Shown: one piece after another, positions 18,621 through 28,927 of the stretch
How positions within the stretch are numbered: the stretch's first letter is position 1
How the letters are laid out: each line of letters begins with the position of its first letter
Source of the DNA: Escherichia phage vB_EcoM_NBG2
Direction: 5' to 3' (one strand)
Length of the DNA stretch: 64,000 nt
Sequence record: NC_054925.1
The notes under the pieces: model-generated
Seen by the model: the letters and a program-made list of their open reading frames with translations, nothing else
Told to the model about the DNA's origin: nothing
Databases searched by the model: none
Program-made: the position numbers and the translations under genes

Positions 18621-20047
18621 TAAAATTTTAATTCATTTGCCAAAGCATCTAACTGAGCTCGAGTGGATTCATTTCTTTGATAGCGATTCTGCTCAGCCTG
18701 AATCTGTTGTGAACCTGCTACTTCGTTCACTTCAGTTGGAGTAGAATCTTGTTCAATTTCTACCCATTTTTGATTTCCTTTTTGAACACCCATCAAAAAC
18801 TTATTCCATTTGTTCTTATCACCATATCGTGATTTGATTTGCTTAATGAGTTGTTGTTCAGCAGCTGCTAGCTCCTCGGTTTCAATGACCGCAAGCATAA
18901 AATCGGCTGTTGCTGGAAGACCAGCAGATTCTGCAATATCGCTCATGTTAACATCAGAAGAATCCCAAGCCTGTTTACCAACCTGTGCTGCAGTCCAAAG
19001 AACAGTTTCGGTTTCAACAGCAAGAGCACGCAATTCCTCTGCAATAGCTTTAACAGTTGTGTAACTATTTTCTGAATAAACTCTAATGCGGCAAGATTTA
19101 CAAATACCTAGATAGTCGACAATAATGATTGTTGGAACAAAATTCTTCTTGAGCTTTAATTCGTTTAAAAGCGATCGAAATGTATTAGCATCTGCTCCAC
19201 CAGTAGGATACTGTTTAACGATTAAACGACCGAGAGTAGATTTCTCACGCCATTTTTCCATTTTTCCTTTATACTCAGCGTAAGAAATATGCCCATCATC
19301 AATGTCATCAAGAGAAACATCAAGCATATTAGCATCAATACGTTTAGCACAGACTTCTTCTGCCATTTCCATGGAAATGTAAAGAACATTGTGTCCGAGC
19401 TGCAAATAATCTGCTGCCAATGAACACAATCCTAATGACTTACCGACGTTAACGCCAGCCATTAAAACGTTCAGTGTTCCAGTCTCAGCTCCGCCTTTAG
19501 TAATTTTGTTTAGAATTCTGAGTTTAAATGGAACCTTACGAGCTTTATTCATATAAGATAGCCAACGTGCTTCGTAGTCATCCATCCAATCATGACCAAC
19601 GTAACTATCAAATGAAATAGATAATGCCTGGCGCATGATGTCAGGAATAGCACCAACATCTGGCATTTTCTTATTTCGTTTTTCCGGAGGAAGCTCAGCA
19701 TTAGTTTGAATTTCGATTATTTTAGACGTAGCATTAAACATCGCCCTTTGCTGAACATATTTTTCTGTTTCTTTTATTAACCAACTGTGGTCTTCCGGAG
19801 AATCAGCCAGTTTTGAAATAAGTGTTTTTACACCAGAATATTCTGTTTCAGTAAATGAACTATTTTCTAATGCAACATTTAACGCATTAATAGATGGAAC
19901 GCTATGATACTCATTAACATGAGATTTAATTAATTTGAATGTATTTTTAGCTGGACCACTTTCAAAATATTCTGAATCCATATATGGCCAAACTTTTGAA
20001 AAATAAGCTTGATCAAATATGAGATGAGAAAGAATAATTTCTACCAC
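18620..20047 (-). CDS. 41: replicative DNA helicase (gene 41, DnaB-like)
   Basis: 475 aa; Walker A GVNVGKS; size as T4 gp41. Confidence 0.9.
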   Translation of the reverse strand: MVEIILSHLIFDQAYFSKVWPYMDSEYFESGPAKNTFKLIKSHVNEYHSVPSINALNVALENSSFTETEYSGVKTLISKLADSPEDHSWLIKETEKYVQQRAMFNATSKIIEIQTNAELPPEKRNKKMPDVGAIPDIMRQALSISFDSYVGHDWMDDYEARWLSYMNKARKVPFKLRILNKITKGGAETGTLNVLMAGVNVGKSLGLCSLAADYLQLGHNVLYISMEMAEEVCAKRIDANMLDVSLDDIDDGHISYAEYKGKMEKWREKSTLGRLIVKQYPTGGADANTFRSLLNELKLKKNFVPTIIIVDYLGICKSCRIRVYSENSYTTVKAIAEELRALAVETETVLWTAAQVGKQAWDSSDVNMSDIAESAGLPATADFMLAVIETEELAAAEQQLIKQIKSRYGDKNKWNKFLMGVQKGNQKWVEIEQDSTPTEVNEVAGSQQIQAEQNRYQRNESTRAQLDALANELKF

Positions 20048-20056
20048 ACTTACTCC

Positions 20057-20401
20057 TTAAAAGAATTTAAATTTTTTCTTTGACCTTTTATTAAATGCAT
20101 CTTGCAGTTGCATTGTAATACATTTTTCTACATGAGGAGCTAACTCAGCTTTTCTTTCTTGGTCAAGAACAGCAAAGTCCATTACAACCTTTCCATCAAC
20201 CCAATCCAGTTTAGTTACATACACTATATGTGTAGAACCATCTTCTAGTTTAATGACAATCTCCTGGATAACATTTTCCATAGCGGATTTAATTATCTTA
20301 AGAGACTCATTAAAAAGACGTTCTTTTCTTTCTTCTTCCCCCTCCGAAGAGGGGGATTCATCGATAATTTCTAGATCTAAATCTAAATCATCTTTATTCA
20401 T
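20057..20401 (-). CDS. 40: gene 40-like protein (named by position)
   Basis: Track ORF starts on GTG at 20419; internal ATG at 20401 overlaps uvsX stop (ATGAATAA); start uncertain. Confidence 0.45.
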   Translation of the reverse strand: MNKDDLDLDLEIIDESPSSEGEEERKERLFNESLKIIKSAMENVIQEIVIKLEDGSTHIVYVTKLDWVDGKVVMDFAVLDQERKAELAPHVEKCITMQLQDAFNKRSKKKFKFF

Positions 20402-21575
20402 TAAATTCTTCCATATCACTTAACTGTTCGAGGTCAGTTTCTAAATCAGCAGCTGATTTACTTTTACTTTCTGGAGATTTAAATTTTTCAACCTTTGAGT
20501 TAATCAATTCATCAACTTCAGCTTCAACAATTTCATTACTATCAATAGCACCTAACTGATAAGCACGTTTAATAGCATCTCGGAATGGTTGATGCTTAAA
20601 TAAAGGGCCCCAGAATGTAGTGCAGTTAGTATCTTTTGCACGCCAAGATTTTTCTTCGCGAATCATCTCGCCGGTTTCTTCATCAAGAAATTCACGAGCA
20701 TACCAGCCATTTTTAGGTTTTACTACAAATCCTAATTCTAGAGCCATATCTAACAATCCAGAATAAGGATCGATACCACCGTCAAATTTAACATCAATAA
20801 AGAATTTACTTTTTTCTTTAACGGTACGAGATTTTTCTACATTTAGAACAAATTGATATCCCTGAAGATCAGAACCATCTTTAATCTGACGCTTACCGAT
20901 AATGAATACAGTATCAGCTGAATACATTACGCCTGTACCACCTGTCATCACGGTTTTACTAAACATTTCAATGGTTTCAATTGTATGGTTAACCGCAACA
21001 CATGGAATATTTTTAATGCTAAAATAAGGAGTAACAATACGGAATAATGACTTCAGTGATTTAGCACGAGTCATATCTGCCACAGATTTTTCATTCAAGG
21101 CATCTTCCGTTTCTTTCTTAGAAGCCATATTACCAATTGAGTCGATGAATACAATAACCTTTTCACCACGCTCAATAGCTTCAAGCTGATTCACCATATC
21201 AATTTTCAGCTGTTCAACTGACTGGATTGGTGTATGAATTACTCGTTCCGGGTCAACTCCCATGGATCGCAAATAAGCTGGAGTAATACCAAATTCGCTA
21301 TCATAGAATAGACAAACTGCATCAGGATATTTGTTCAAATACGCTGCAACCATAGTCAAAGACATATTTGATTTAAAGTGTTTAGAAGGCCCTGCGAAAA
21401 TAGTTAAACCAGACTGCATACCGCCATCAATCGCACCAGAAATAGCAATATTAAGCATTGGGATTTTTGTACGGATTACATCCTTTTCATTAAAGAATTT
21501 AGATGTAGTCAGTTCAGCAGTCATTTTAGAAGTGGAAGCTTTAATCAAACGGGATTTTAAATCTGCAATAGACAT
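20394..21575 (-). CDS. uvsX: UvsX recombinase (RecA-like)
   Basis: 393 aa; RecA-fold P-loop region (AGPSKHFKS); acidic C-terminus. Confidence 0.9.
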   Translation of the reverse strand: MSIADLKSRLIKASTSKMTAELTTSKFFNEKDVIRTKIPMLNIAISGAIDGGMQSGLTIFAGPSKHFKSNMSLTMVAAYLNKYPDAVCLFYDSEFGITPAYLRSMGVDPERVIHTPIQSVEQLKIDMVNQLEAIERGEKVIVFIDSIGNMASKKETEDALNEKSVADMTRAKSLKSLFRIVTPYFSIKNIPCVAVNHTIETIEMFSKTVMTGGTGVMYSADTVFIIGKRQIKDGSDLQGYQFVLNVEKSRTVKEKSKFFIDVKFDGGIDPYSGLLDMALELGFVVKPKNGWYAREFLDEETGEMIREEKSWRAKDTNCTTFWGPLFKHQPFRDAIKRAYQLGAIDSNEIVEAEVDELINSKVEKFKSPESKSKSAADLETDLEQLSDMEEFNE

Positions 21576-21652
21576 TCATTTTTTCCATAGGCATCATTAT
21601 ATTTTCCTCACTGGTTAAAGATAGAGTAATTATAACACAATAAATTTAGGCA

Positions 21653-22501
21653 TTAATCAACTGCTATTGGATGAATAGCATTAAACTTATGAAATGCTTC
21701 TGATTTTTCTTTACGCGAAACACACATGCGAAGAACCTTTAATGGATCGTCTTCTTCACCCAACGATTTTCGTTTTTCAATATTCGATGTTTTCCAACGA
21801 GCTTGCTCTGGAAACTCTCTATTGATTTGCTCAAGCGCTCTATTATGTTTAGAATTACTACGAATTGAACTGCACCCGCCAGGAGCTTGTGCTTTTCCAG
21901 ATACAACCAGATATTTGAACAAGGCCAAATGCGGATAACCTTGATTAATTAAATTGAGAAATGCATACATATCTTCGCATAAATCAATTTTTCCATACCC
22001 AATTTGTTCTGTCGTAAGTTTTCCAAGGTCATACCATGTATTCGTGAATCCATATGAATTTTCACGATAATTACCCCAAGATGAAGTAATTTTAAAAATT
22101 GGTAGACGAGCATGGCCATGATAATATCCGCAATCCATGGCATCCTCAACATATTGAATCAATTCATAGAACTGTTCACGAGTTAATTGATTAATTTTAT
22201 CTACGCAGCGACGATCATCTTTCTTTCGCATTGAACTCATACGAATAGTAGTATCATCATCGATCATCCAAATTCGCTGACCTGCATACATATCAGTAAT
22301 TGCTTTACGAGTTCCAGCAATTCCATTAACATCATCAGGAATAGTTATAATTTTAGCTCTAGACCCATAAGCGTCATAATAAGCTTTTTCTTCGTGTTTA
22401 CGTACTACAATATGAGGTTCATAATCAGATGGAAACATATCAAGGGCAGAAACTGCCCCTACGCGTTGATAGCTTGGAATTACGAATTGAATCATTTCCA
22501 C
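21653..22501 (-). CDS. putative GT-A fold (GT2-like) glycosyltransferase at the beta-gt locus
   Basis: 282 aa; N-terminal FVIPSYQR and DxD-like WMIDDDT; between uvsX and gene 42. Confidence 0.55.
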   Translation of the reverse strand: MEMIQFVIPSYQRVGAVSALDMFPSDYEPHIVVRKHEEKAYYDAYGSRAKIITIPDDVNGIAGTRKAITDMYAGQRIWMIDDDTTIRMSSMRKKDDRRCVDKINQLTREQFYELIQYVEDAMDCGYYHGHARLPIFKITSSWGNYRENSYGFTNTWYDLGKLTTEQIGYGKIDLCEDMYAFLNLINQGYPHLALFKYLVVSGKAQAPGGCSSIRSNSKHNRALEQINREFPEQARWKTSNIEKRKSLGEEDDPLKVLRMCVSRKEKSEAFHKFNAIHPIAVD

Positions 22502-23232
22502 TCACCGTTATAATCTTTTTTCGCAATATGAGTTTCGCCAGTTTTCCACCAATGGTCAACCAAGTAAAAATGACGGGAATACACATGAAGACTTCCGACA
22601 TTCCATATAATGGAACCCGCTTTATACTGGCGAGTTGAATCACCTGCATTCAAATCAGATACTAATTTATCTAGTACGTATTTTTGCCACGCATAATCAT
22701 TGCGGAATCCGAAGACCACGTCATTTGAGCGCATGTTAACTACTGCATTGACTTTCTTATCACGAATCAGATACTGTACTGTATTCGTACACATGAAATC
22801 TGACATACCATCTTTATTGTAGTCAAACTGCATGGATGGACGAGTATAAATCATGATACCACGTCGAGAATCAGGATTTTGACCAAGTTCAGCTAAACAC
22901 ATATCATACTGGGCATAGTTATCTTCTGACCAGATAGCCCAGCCATAATTCGAGTTAATTTCACCTTTAGAAGATGCTACCTGTTGCCAAATCTTTGGCG
23001 TTTCGCCTGGAATATCTTTAACAAACAGACTTTGAGACTTATACCATTCAAGTTCACGTTGAATGTATTCATCATTAAGAGCACCAAAAATAAAAGGTTC
23101 ATCTGCTACAAATGATGCGCCAATAATTTCAATAGTTTTAACACCAGTTTTATCAACTACGAAATCTTTTTCCTTTAATGCAATTCCCAAATGAAGACGG
23201 GTTTCTTCAACTGTCATAGAGTCATTAATCAT
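22492..23232 (-). CDS. 42: dCMP hydroxymethylase (gene 42)
   Basis: 246 aa; thymidylate-synthase-like family; size as T4 gp42. Confidence 0.9.
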   Translation of the reverse strand: MINDSMTVEETRLHLGIALKEKDFVVDKTGVKTIEIIGASFVADEPFIFGALNDEYIQRELEWYKSQSLFVKDIPGETPKIWQQVASSKGEINSNYGWAIWSEDNYAQYDMCLAELGQNPDSRRGIMIYTRPSMQFDYNKDGMSDFMCTNTVQYLIRDKKVNAVVNMRSNDVVFGFRNDYAWQKYVLDKLVSDLNAGDSTRQYKAGSIIWNVGSLHVYSRHFYLVDHWWKTGETHIAKKDYNGEWK

Positions 23233-23385
23233 TTAAACCTCAATTGATACATTCATATTTAACTTGTAACAGTAATAAGCTCCAGCCTAAAATAATAGTT
23301 GGAATCATACAAGGAACTGCTACGCTATAGTATATACTTATTATAATCATCAAGATTAAAAGCAACACTGCTAAAATTTTGCTTT

Positions 23386-23637
23386 TCATTCCTTCTCTCT
23401 GATGATAATTACTTGATTTTGCTGTACAGATTTTTTAGTTTCACCCGCAATTGACCAAATAAATGTAATAAACCAACCAATGATTGACCAGTTAAACAGT
23501 AAAGATGTGAAAAAGATTCCTACTGTCGATTTTGACCCACGCATCAAGGCGATGAACCACGGAAGCATGTATATAATAATAGCCAACACACCTGAAACTA
23601 AAACCATAAAAATTGAACCTGCTACTAAAGTTTCCAT
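23386..23637 (-). CDS. imm: immunity (superinfection exclusion) membrane protein
   Basis: 83 aa, two hydrophobic helices; position upstream of gene 42. Confidence 0.7.
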   Translation of the reverse strand: METLVAGSIFMVLVSGVLAIIIYMLPWFIALMRGSKSTVGIFFTSLLFNWSIIGWFITFIWSIAGETKKSVQQNQVIIIREKE

Positions 23638-23644
23638 GTTTTCC

Positions 23645-24025
23645 TCACTTAGTCAAATTTTTTACACATGAATTATAAGAATTTACTACATACTCCATCG
23701 GAGCATTTTTACCAGTACGCCATTGATAATTATTAGCCCAATTAGCCCAAAGTTCGGCACAGTAACTTTCAATTTTTTCTTCACGCGTAATCACATCTGA
23801 ATTACGATATGCTTGTGCAGATTCATCTGGACGAATAGCTTCGTCAAAATTCGCCTGCATTTGTTCTACTGTCTGTTTTGGAGCTTCTTTATAACACTTA
23901 ACATTAGGATTATAAAATTTGCTTGAACAGTTTACAATTTTTCCTACATCAGATTGATTTACTACCGGTCCTTGAGCTACACAACCAGTAAGACCCAATG
24001 CAATAACCAAAATAGCGATTTTCAT
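23645..24025 (-). CDS. putative lipoprotein (imm.1 position)
   Basis: Track ORF starts on TTG inside promoter; trimmed to ATG (M5) with GGAGAAT SD; signal peptide with LTGC lipobox. Confidence 0.5.
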   Translation of the reverse strand: MKIAILVIALGLTGCVAQGPVVNQSDVGKIVNCSSKFYNPNVKCYKEAPKQTVEQMQANFDEAIRPDESAQAYRNSDVITREEKIESYCAELWANWANNYQWRTGKNAPMEYVVNSYNSCVKNLTK

Positions 24026-24059
24026 TTCATTCTCCAAATCCGCATCAGTTGATAGTTGT

Positions 24060-24089
24060 ATAGTACCATGGAAGAACAGGGATGTAAAC
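24060..24089 (-). promoter_or_regulatory. early promoter upstream of imm.1-like gene
   Basis: GTTTAC, 18 nt, TGGTACTAT; part of a ~60-bp module repeated at 50748-50811. Confidence 0.55.
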
Positions 24090-24176
24090 AGTTTTGTGAA
24101 AAATTTTTAATGAATTCCAGAGGTCCAGAATCATCTATTTTTCCTAAGTATAGATTTATATTACTTGTATGAAAAA

Positions 24177-24192
24177 GGGACCCGGAGGTCCC
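24177..24192 (-). terminator. hairpin downstream of gene 43
   Basis: GGGACC-CGGA-GGTCCC. Confidence 0.5.
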
Positions 24193-24205
24193 TAGATTTA
24201 TTCTA

Positions 24206-26902
24206 TCAGCCAAACAGGAAGTCTAACGAAGCTTTTTCCTCATAGTCCATACCTGCCGATTCACACATACCCGCAAGCGGTTTAACAAACGATTTTTGGA
24301 ACAAAGTTGAGTAGTCAATCCAAGACAGTACATCAGAACGAATTTCTTTTGGAAGTTCCGTACCCGATGGCCAAGCAATGCACTTGTCACCAAATGGATT
24401 TCCCTCACGTAATGGAAGAACCATTACCTTATTTCCATCCAAAATTGGAGCTACACCTAAACCACTAACAGCTCGACGATAAGTTAGCACCCCACGAATG
24501 TGGAACGGGCATTTAAATCCTGGCCAACCTTTATCATCATATTTCGCTATATCGTTCGCAGTTTTTACTTCAGCAATAACTTTATAGTCAAGTTGACGAT
24601 ATTCTTTCTCAAAGTTCTTGTAGTATTCTTGGACAGACTCTTCGCCTTCCTGAAGAATGCGACGAATACTTTCTTCGAGAGCTTCTTGTACTGCTTTTGG
24701 TGTTGAACTCTGCTGAGTTTCCATACCCATGATTTTTAGATGCGGTTCAGCAAATCGCTTATCTTCCATATCATAAACGTTTAGAGCATAACGTTTTTTC
24801 GCTTTCCAAAATCCACCAACACCCTTTGAACCAAGCGGAGGGCAAGAAATAGCTTCACGGTCCATATGCATCAGATGCTCGCGGTTATTCATATAATCAC
24901 ATAACTCACGATATGCAACATCAATCATAGGTTCCATCTTTTTCTTACCAAACTGATTCATGAATTCAACTAAATCATTTTGTTCTTTAAAGCGGTCAAG
25001 ACCTACTTTTTCAATTACTTTATCTACACAAACATATACCGAATCAGTATCACCTGCTGCGATGAAATCTTCACCATTAGTTCCACATACTTTATTCAGA
25101 TATTCATTAATTTTGCGAGCAATCCACTGAATACCGACTTGACCGAAAATTGTGATAGCAGTAGCATTTCGCAAATCATAGTAACGGAAATGAATATTAC
25201 CAAGAGCACCATAAAGACTGTTAATAAGAATTTTACGGTTCAGCTGATTTGTGTTAGCAAGTGTAGCTGCTTTTTCACATTCTTCGATCAGACTATTAAG
25301 AACAGATTCGGTGTAATTTGATAGTTCATTTAAGAAATCATCACTGAACTTAACATATCGTTCAACTTCCGGTTTAGTTGAACAAGACCCTGCGCCTTTC
25401 ATAATAATCTTTTTAATAGCTTCGGCATTCATTTCTTCAGCGAACATTTTCTTTTTCCAATCTTTACGCTGGAAAAATACTTTAGCGATTTCCTTTGGAA
25501 TGATACCTTCTTGATGTTTATCATACATCCATCCATTCGGAGAGCAAGAATATTCATCACTTGGCTTAGGAGCTGTTCCTGCGATATATTCATGAATTGG
25601 ATGAACTTTAAACTGCCCACGAATAGTTTCAGGACTAATGTTAACCTGACGAATAATGCTAGGATACAGAGACGTCAAGTCAAAACTCATAATGTATCGA
25701 CGAGCAATCGGTTTAGGTTCAAATACAAATGCACCTGGAAAACTCTGCTTAACGTGCGAACCTTGTTGAGGAATAACCTTATGTTCACCTTTCAATGAGT
25801 TAAAAATAATAGCATCCCAAGTTTTAATAGGACTCATTACACCAGAAAAAGGCATTTTAGCGTAATAAGACATACTTAAAACTAGATCGATAAACCCACG
25901 AATTTTATCAATTGCTTGAACTGATTCTACGTCAATGATGTTATAACTAATGTATCGTTGATGATTAGTCTCACGAAGTTTATTAATAGGACCATCGTAC
26001 GGCAATTTACCTTTTTTGGTTTCGTGCTGAGCAACTGATTCCAAAGAGAATGATGGCAAATTAGTAAATGCGAATTTTTTGTACAAATCTAAATAATCAA
26101 GAATAGATACGCCATCAATCGAATAAATTTCTTTGCTACCGTACATATTTTGAATTAGTTTAGATTTTACTCGACCGATTGGAGAGAAGCGTTTCATACT
26201 ACGTTCACCAAGAACCATTTTAACACGATTCATGATATACGGAACGTCAAATCCCTCAATATTCCAACCAGTAAAAATAGCAGGTCGTTTCTGTTCCCAG
26301 AGATTAATATATTCCATGAGCATATCACGCTCATTATCAAATGGCATATAAATTACTCGGTCAAGAATTTCTTGAGGAACTTCATCACCACCTTCACAGT
26401 CAAGTTTAGCAGCTAACTTTGCATCCCATTTTGATACTGAACCGTACATTGAATTCAACAAATCAAAGACGTAAAAACGATCGTCAATTGAATCATAATG
26501 AGTGATAGCATCAATTTCATATTCCGCTTTCATTGGGTCAGGAAATTTATCGCCAGTAACCTCAATGTCACAGTTAGCTACACGAACAAATTTTCGGTCA
26601 TAAACAATTTCTGAACCATATGTATCACTGATATAAGCGAGTTTAAAATCGTTCATACCAAGAGCTTCGAGACCGATGTCTTCCATTCGTTTCATCCAAT
26701 CTCGGGCATCTTTCATTGATGGAAATTTTTGAGGAGCGCAATTTTTACCATAAATGTCTTTGTATTTTGATTCTTCCTTACAGTGTCTAAACATAGTCGG
26801 AAGATATTCTACTTCACGAGTACGTTCCTTTCCGTTTTCATCAATATAACGTTCAACGATGTTATTTCCGACTGTTTCAATAGAGATATAAAATTCTTTC
26901 AT
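24206..26902 (-). CDS. 43: DNA polymerase (gene 43, family B)
   Basis: 898 aa; exo motif CDIEV, pol motifs SLYPS, NSLYGALG, GDTDS. Confidence 0.95.
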   Translation of the reverse strand: MKEFYISIETVGNNIVERYIDENGKERTREVEYLPTMFRHCKEESKYKDIYGKNCAPQKFPSMKDARDWMKRMEDIGLEALGMNDFKLAYISDTYGSEIVYDRKFVRVANCDIEVTGDKFPDPMKAEYEIDAITHYDSIDDRFYVFDLLNSMYGSVSKWDAKLAAKLDCEGGDEVPQEILDRVIYMPFDNERDMLMEYINLWEQKRPAIFTGWNIEGFDVPYIMNRVKMVLGERSMKRFSPIGRVKSKLIQNMYGSKEIYSIDGVSILDYLDLYKKFAFTNLPSFSLESVAQHETKKGKLPYDGPINKLRETNHQRYISYNIIDVESVQAIDKIRGFIDLVLSMSYYAKMPFSGVMSPIKTWDAIIFNSLKGEHKVIPQQGSHVKQSFPGAFVFEPKPIARRYIMSFDLTSLYPSIIRQVNISPETIRGQFKVHPIHEYIAGTAPKPSDEYSCSPNGWMYDKHQEGIIPKEIAKVFFQRKDWKKKMFAEEMNAEAIKKIIMKGAGSCSTKPEVERYVKFSDDFLNELSNYTESVLNSLIEECEKAATLANTNQLNRKILINSLYGALGNIHFRYYDLRNATAITIFGQVGIQWIARKINEYLNKVCGTNGEDFIAAGDTDSVYVCVDKVIEKVGLDRFKEQNDLVEFMNQFGKKKMEPMIDVAYRELCDYMNNREHLMHMDREAISCPPLGSKGVGGFWKAKKRYALNVYDMEDKRFAEPHLKIMGMETQQSSTPKAVQEALEESIRRILQEGEESVQEYYKNFEKEYRQLDYKVIAEVKTANDIAKYDDKGWPGFKCPFHIRGVLTYRRAVSGLGVAPILDGNKVMVLPLREGNPFGDKCIAWPSGTELPKEIRSDVLSWIDYSTLFQKSFVKPLAGMCESAGMDYEEKASLDFLFG

Positions 26903-26903
26903 A

Positions 26904-26941
26904 GATATTCCTTAGTTTATAGCCCGAGTTATTAGGCTCTT
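26904..26941 (-). promoter_or_regulatory. gene 43 translational operator (hairpin 5' of the gene 43 SD)
   Basis: mRNA reads GAGCC-UAAUAACUC-GGGCU then AAGGAAUAUCUAUG; matches the gp43 operator loop as recalled. Confidence 0.6.
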
Positions 26942-26960
26942 GATATATTATACTCCAAAT

Positions 26961-26978
26961 AAGGGGCCGAAGCCCCTT
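26961..26978 (-). terminator. hairpin (UUCG loop in mRNA) between regA and gene 43
   Basis: AAGGGGC-CGAA-GCCCCTT. Confidence 0.5.
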
Positions 26979-26980
26979 GC

Positions 26981-27349
26981 TTAATTACCAATCGTATATT
27001 TGGGAACGAGTTTCCATTCATGTTTTTGTTTAAAAGAAATAACTCGGAAGTTATTAGTTAAATCTTTCATAAAAGTTCTTTGACCCGGGGCAATTTCAAT
27101 CAGTCCCCAATCTTCTAACAGCCATGCAATCGAATCACGACGAACTTCATCTTCTTCTGTCATTTCAACCTGGCGACCATCCATACGAAGCATTTCTTTA
27201 AAATGAACGATATAGTATAGTCCTTTTTTCTGGAGAATATGACAGGATTGATACAGAACTTTATCTTTATTATTAGCAATTCCCATACGAGTCAGAGTTT
27301 CTTTAACTTTCAAAAAATCTTCAGGTTTTTTAAGAGTAATTTCAATCAT
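26981..27349 (-). CDS. regA: translational repressor RegA
   Basis: 122 aa; size and position between 62 and 43. Confidence 0.8.
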   Translation of the reverse strand: MIEITLKKPEDFLKVKETLTRMGIANNKDKVLYQSCHILQKKGLYYIVHFKEMLRMDGRQVEMTEEDEVRRDSIAWLLEDWGLIEIAPGQRTFMKDLTNNFRVISFKQKHEWKLVPKYTIGN

Positions 27350-27350
27350 T

Positions 27351-27914
27351 TTACCATTCCAATGCTAGTTTTTTGAGTTGTTTCTGTTCTTTTACATTCT
27401 TAGTCACTTCTTTCAAAAAATCATCCGTGACTAAACCTTTTAGTTCTTTTAATACTAAAGGAAGTTTTCCATTTTTAGTAAGAATTGATTTATAGTTAAT
27501 TGCATCATTTGTATTAACTTGATACCGCTTAGCAAGTAACTTAATAATCAATACTTCGGTAGAATCTTCAACCAGTTTTGCCCATTTACCATATCTTTTA
27601 CCCCGAGGAACAGCAGCCATTAGATAATTAAAATGGGCTTCATCGCTTAAACCTGATCCAATTAAATTCATAGCATATACAGCTGGCATGCATTCAGGAA
27701 ATTGTGATAATGCATTCTCAACCATGTATTTTGAATAATCTTTTTGAGCAATAGAGCATTTAGTTTTATTATTGATAGCTCCAATTATTTCAAAAAATTC
27801 ATTTTCAGCTTTTTCCTTGAAAGAATCAGCAGCAGATTGGACAGCTGTCCAATCTTTTGAATACCAAGCAACTTGATGCTCGTTTAATTGAATATCATCT
27901 TCAAATAAGCTCAT
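27351..27914 (-). CDS. 62: clamp loader small subunit (gene 62)
   Basis: 187 aa; directly downstream of gene 44. Confidence 0.8.
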   Translation of the reverse strand: MSLFEDDIQLNEHQVAWYSKDWTAVQSAADSFKEKAENEFFEIIGAINNKTKCSIAQKDYSKYMVENALSQFPECMPAVYAMNLIGSGLSDEAHFNYLMAAVPRGKRYGKWAKLVEDSTEVLIIKLLAKRYQVNTNDAINYKSILTKNGKLPLVLKELKGLVTDDFLKEVTKNVKEQKQLKKLALEW

Positions 27915-27915
27915 A

Positions 27916-28875
27916 TCACTTCCACTGCATTTCGCATGCCAATTGAATGAAAAGATATGCTAAATGTAATTCCGTATTAGCCGCAATTCCGTGATACTGG
28001 TTATTTTCACCAACAATTTCATACATACGAATAATACTTTGCGGAGTTACGCGTGTATAGATTTCTTCGGCAAGTTTACCTACGAACCACGAATAATCAG
28101 CTGCATATTTTGGTGCTAAAGCTCTGAGCTGTTTAACATCTTTATTTTTGAGAGACTCAAGAACATCATCAATAGCACCACGATCGTTAGTAACCAGTGA
28201 TAAAATACCAGCATCCAAAACACCTTTAGATGAATAACTATCGAGCTCGCCAATAGTTTTACGAAAATCAGGAAAATTCTTTTTAACCAAAGCTGCTACA
28301 ACTTTCATATCAGCTATAGCAATTCCTTCATGCTTACAGATTTCAGTCAATCGACGAATCATCTGCTTCATCATTTCAATTTTATCTTCATCGGTCGGTT
28401 GACCGAATGTAATAACTCGACAGCGTGACTGAAGTGGTTTAATAATACCATCAATATTGTTAGCAGTAATAATAATACTACAGTTTGAACTATAAGCTTC
28501 CATAAAGGAACGAAGATGTCGCTGAGACTCTGCTAATCCTGAACGGTCAAATTCATCAATGACGATTACTTTTTGACGACCATCAAATGAAGCTGCACTA
28601 GCAAAATTAGTCAAAGGACCACGAACGAAATCAATTTTACAATCTGACCCATTCACAAACATCATATCAGCATTTACGTCATGACACAATGCTTTTGCTA
28701 CGGTTGTTTTACCTGTTCCTGGAGAAGGAGAATGAAGAATAATATGTGGAATCTTACCTTTACTTGTAATAGATTTAAAGGTTTCTTTATCAAAGGCGGG
28801 AAGAATACATTCATCGATAGTAGATGGACGATATTTCTGTTCAAGAATGTGTTCTTTTTCATTTACAGTAATCAT
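27916..28875 (-). CDS. 44: clamp loader large subunit (gene 44, AAA+)
   Basis: Track ORF starts on TTG; trimmed to ATG (M6), 319 aa; Walker A GTGKTT, Walker B VIVIDEFD. Confidence 0.9.
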   Translation of the reverse strand: MITVNEKEHILEQKYRPSTIDECILPAFDKETFKSITSKGKIPHIILHSPSPGTGKTTVAKALCHDVNADMMFVNGSDCKIDFVRGPLTNFASAASFDGRQKVIVIDEFDRSGLAESQRHLRSFMEAYSSNCSIIITANNIDGIIKPLQSRCRVITFGQPTDEDKIEMMKQMIRRLTEICKHEGIAIADMKVVAALVKKNFPDFRKTIGELDSYSSKGVLDAGILSLVTNDRGAIDDVLESLKNKDVKQLRALAPKYAADYSWFVGKLAEEIYTRVTPQSIIRMYEIVGENNQYHGIAANTELHLAYLFIQLACEMQWK

Positions 28876-28905
28876 AATTTCCTCATTCAAGTTTTAATGT
28901 AAATT

Positions 28906-28927
28906 ATAGAGGGCCGAAGCCCTCTAT
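28906..28927 (-). terminator. hairpin (UUCG loop) between genes 45 and 44
   Basis: 9-bp stem ATAGAGGGC-CGAA-GCCCTCTAT. Confidence 0.5.

Noticed and set aside
24022-24213. 63-aa minus-strand ORF between gene 43 and the imm.1-like gene
   Set aside because: It runs through the terminator hairpin and the early promoter, so it is regulatory DNA rather than coding.
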